Below are positions 17,196-18,219 of a stretch of DNA of 18,219 nucleotides, one piece after another. Numbering within the stretch: position 1 is the stretch's first letter; every line of letters begins with the position of its first letter. Source of the DNA: Gemmatimonadota bacterium (GTDB lineage Bacteria; Gemmatimonadota; Gemmatimonadetes; Longimicrobiales; RSA9); assembly GCA_040905425.1 (NCBI GenBank), contig JBBDRO010000098.1, positions 1-18,219 of the forward strand, given 5' to 3'. A program made the translations under genes and the position numbers. The notes beneath the pieces are model-generated. The model saw nothing but the letters and a program-made list of their open reading frames with translations, had not been told where the DNA came from and made no database searches.

Positions 17196-17264
17196 GATGC
17201 CAGTCGGCGCGGAAGCGATGCTGGTCGGCGCGGACACCGATGTCGATCGGCGAGGAGTCGATGC
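17196..17264. repeat. Degenerate 21-22 bp tandem repeat (three units plus a partial) in the padR leader
   Basis: GATGCCAGTCGGCGCGGAAGC / GATGCTGGTCGGCGCGGACACC / GATGTCGATCGGCGAGGAGTC / GATGC. Confidence 0.7.
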
Positions 17265-17277
17265 TACCCGGCAGCGG

Positions 17278-17332
17278 TCCCATAGAGCGCCTATGGAACG
17301 ATACGTGGTCTCCCATAGACGCGCAAGGGGGA
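17278..17332 (-). promoter_or_regulatory. padR promoter with two candidate PadR operators
   Basis: Minus strand TTGCGC-N17-TATCGT (17326-17298). Palindrome CCATAG-N5-CTATGG (17280-17296) and a related box TCCCATAGACGCGCAAGGGGGA (17311-17332) lie 33 bp apart. Confidence 0.65.
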
Positions 17333-17391
17333 ACGAAAAGGGGGCTGGATGGCGGCGGCTCAACAGGCCTCCGCCGGTGCGTAAAAACTGA

Positions 17392-17495
17392 TCAGGTGCG
17401 GCGCCCGCCCACCAGCCGCCGGAACCCGGACGGCGTGATGTCCGCCGCCCCGCGGAACTCCCGGCAGAAGTGCGCCTGGTCCGCGTAGCCCGACG
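17392..17495 (-). pseudogene. Orphan 3' fragment of an araC gene nearly identical to 9610-10410
   Basis: 17408-17495 matches 9620-9707 at 85/88 nt; encodes SGYADQAHFCREFRGAADITPSGFRRLVGGRRT*. Confidence 0.88.
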
Positions 17496-17556
17496 GCGCG
17501 CGGCGCTGGAGCAGCTGGTGGCGGAGCGGGGGTAGCGGGGAGTCGGGGCGGACGAA

Positions 17557-17889
17557 TCAGCCGAGCGCGAGGATCGCAGATTCCACATCCGCGGCGAACT
17601 CGTGGATGTGCTCGGCCCGGAACCTAAGAAGGCGAGCGACATCAGCAGTGGCGCAGTTTCCTAGGCGTATCCAGATCACTTTCGGTGGAGCTCCCCGGAG
17701 GACACTGAGCCGGTGGAAATCCTCATCCTTCGTTACCAGAACATACCCGTCAAGCCGCGCGACTTCCCAGACCCGGTGGTCCGCCGCGCCGATGAGGCCG
17801 AGGGTGACGATATGGGAGGAGGCTGGAAACAGATCTGCAAGGTCGTGAACAAGGCGTTGCGCAAGATTCTCATCAAAGAGCAACTTCAC
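17557..17889 (-). CDS. DUF5615-family PIN-like toxin (VapC45 / Mut7-C-like)
   Basis: KLLFDENL...GAADHRVW...LVTKDEDF...GAPPKVIWIRLGN; start is GTG 17889 (or ATG 17901). Confidence 0.88.
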   Translation of the reverse strand: MKLLFDENLAQRLVHDLADLFPASSHIVTLGLIGAADHRVWEVARLDGYVLVTKDEDFHRLSVLRGAPPKVIWIRLGNCATADVARLLRFRAEHIHEFAADVESAILALG

Positions 17890-17915
17890 GGCTAACGCCA
17901 TGGCGGTAGGTCGGC

Positions 17916-18143
17916 CTAGCTGCCTGGTAGACTTGCTAAACGGCGCTCGCGTTCAGCCGCGAACGCCAGGCAAGCGAGGACGTCTTCGTGCGAGAGCTGC
18001 GGGAAATCTGCGATGATCGCGGCCTCCGACATCCCACCCGCAAGATAGGATAGGACATCGCCGACCGATATCCGCGTACCCCGGACGGTCGGCTTGCCGA
18101 AACGAACCTCTGGATCGAGAACAATGCGCTCACGGTAGTCCAT
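17916..18143 (-). CDS. DUF433-family antitoxin
   Basis: RIVLDPEVRFGKPTVRGTRISVGDVLSYLAGGMS...DFPQLSHEDVLACLAFAA. Confidence 0.92.
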   Translation of the reverse strand: MDYRERIVLDPEVRFGKPTVRGTRISVGDVLSYLAGGMSEAAIIADFPQLSHEDVLACLAFAAERERRLASLPGS

Positions 18144-18148
18144 GGCTA

Positions 18149-18177
18149 ACGCTACCCTTGCTGGCCTCGAGGGTCAA
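18149..18177 (-). promoter_or_regulatory. Putative leaderless promoter of the DUF433-DUF5615 pair
   Basis: Minus strand TTGACC-N17-TAGCGT, then 5 nt to the ATG; no Shine-Dalgarno. Confidence 0.6.
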
Positions 18178-18219
18178 GCGCGAATCCGCTACCCCCACCG
18201 CTTCTGCCGATAGCCTTCG

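Noticed and set aside
17196..17264. CRISPR array
   Set aside because: Units are contiguous and degenerate with no unique spacers; no cas genes.
16811..17316. Upstream extensions of the permease (to 16951) and PadR (to 17316) ORFs
   Set aside because: They overlap padR or its promoter; family-typical N-termini begin at 16810 and 17145.
17516..17556. tRNA 3'-end remnant (minus strand ...CGACTCC...CTCCGCCACCA) as an att site
   Set aside because: No proper T-arm (GGTTCGA) or consistent acceptor-stem spacing; the resemblance is too weak.
6926..18152. Integron cassette array, suggested by GTT-type cores near starts (GTTATG 6927, GTTAAGC 11337, GCGTTAGCC 17890 and 18144) and multiple TA modules
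   Set aside because: No integron integrase, no paired RYYYAAC...GTTRRRY attC structures after stop codons, and the genes are in mixed orientations.

Overview
High-GC bacterial accessory region. The Acidobacterial-type PadR plus ADOP permease pair and the many lipoproteins suggest Gemmatimonadota or Acidobacteriota (inference). Left to right: a lower-GC block with an S1 serine-protease lipoprotein and a partner lipoprotein; an exported cyanophycinase-like S51 peptidase coupled to a DUF3667 membrane protein; a BNR-repeat propeller protein; an AlkZ-family (HTH_42) DNA glycosylase; an XRE regulator plus a broken nucleotidyltransferase; a beta-lactamase-family serine hydrolase with an AraC regulator; a HigBA-like TA pair; a PQQ-dependent aldose sugar dehydrogenase; a lipoprotein with three DxNGNGxxC repeats; an ADOP permease with PadR; and a DUF433/DUF5615 TA pair. 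No integrase, transposase, CRISPR array, tRNA or rRNA is visible. The main unexplained structure is: (i) a ~50-bp REP-like palindrome present twice, plus a collapsed 14-bp third copy, at the edges of foreign-looking blocks; (ii) an 88-bp direct repeat of the araC 3' end 7.8 kb away, each copy preceded by a TA module; (iii) several remnants that look internally deleted at microhomologies; (iv) three TA-type modules with their own apparently leaderless promoters; (v) a C19 tract in a protease signal peptide. All family assignments come from motif recognition, not database searches.
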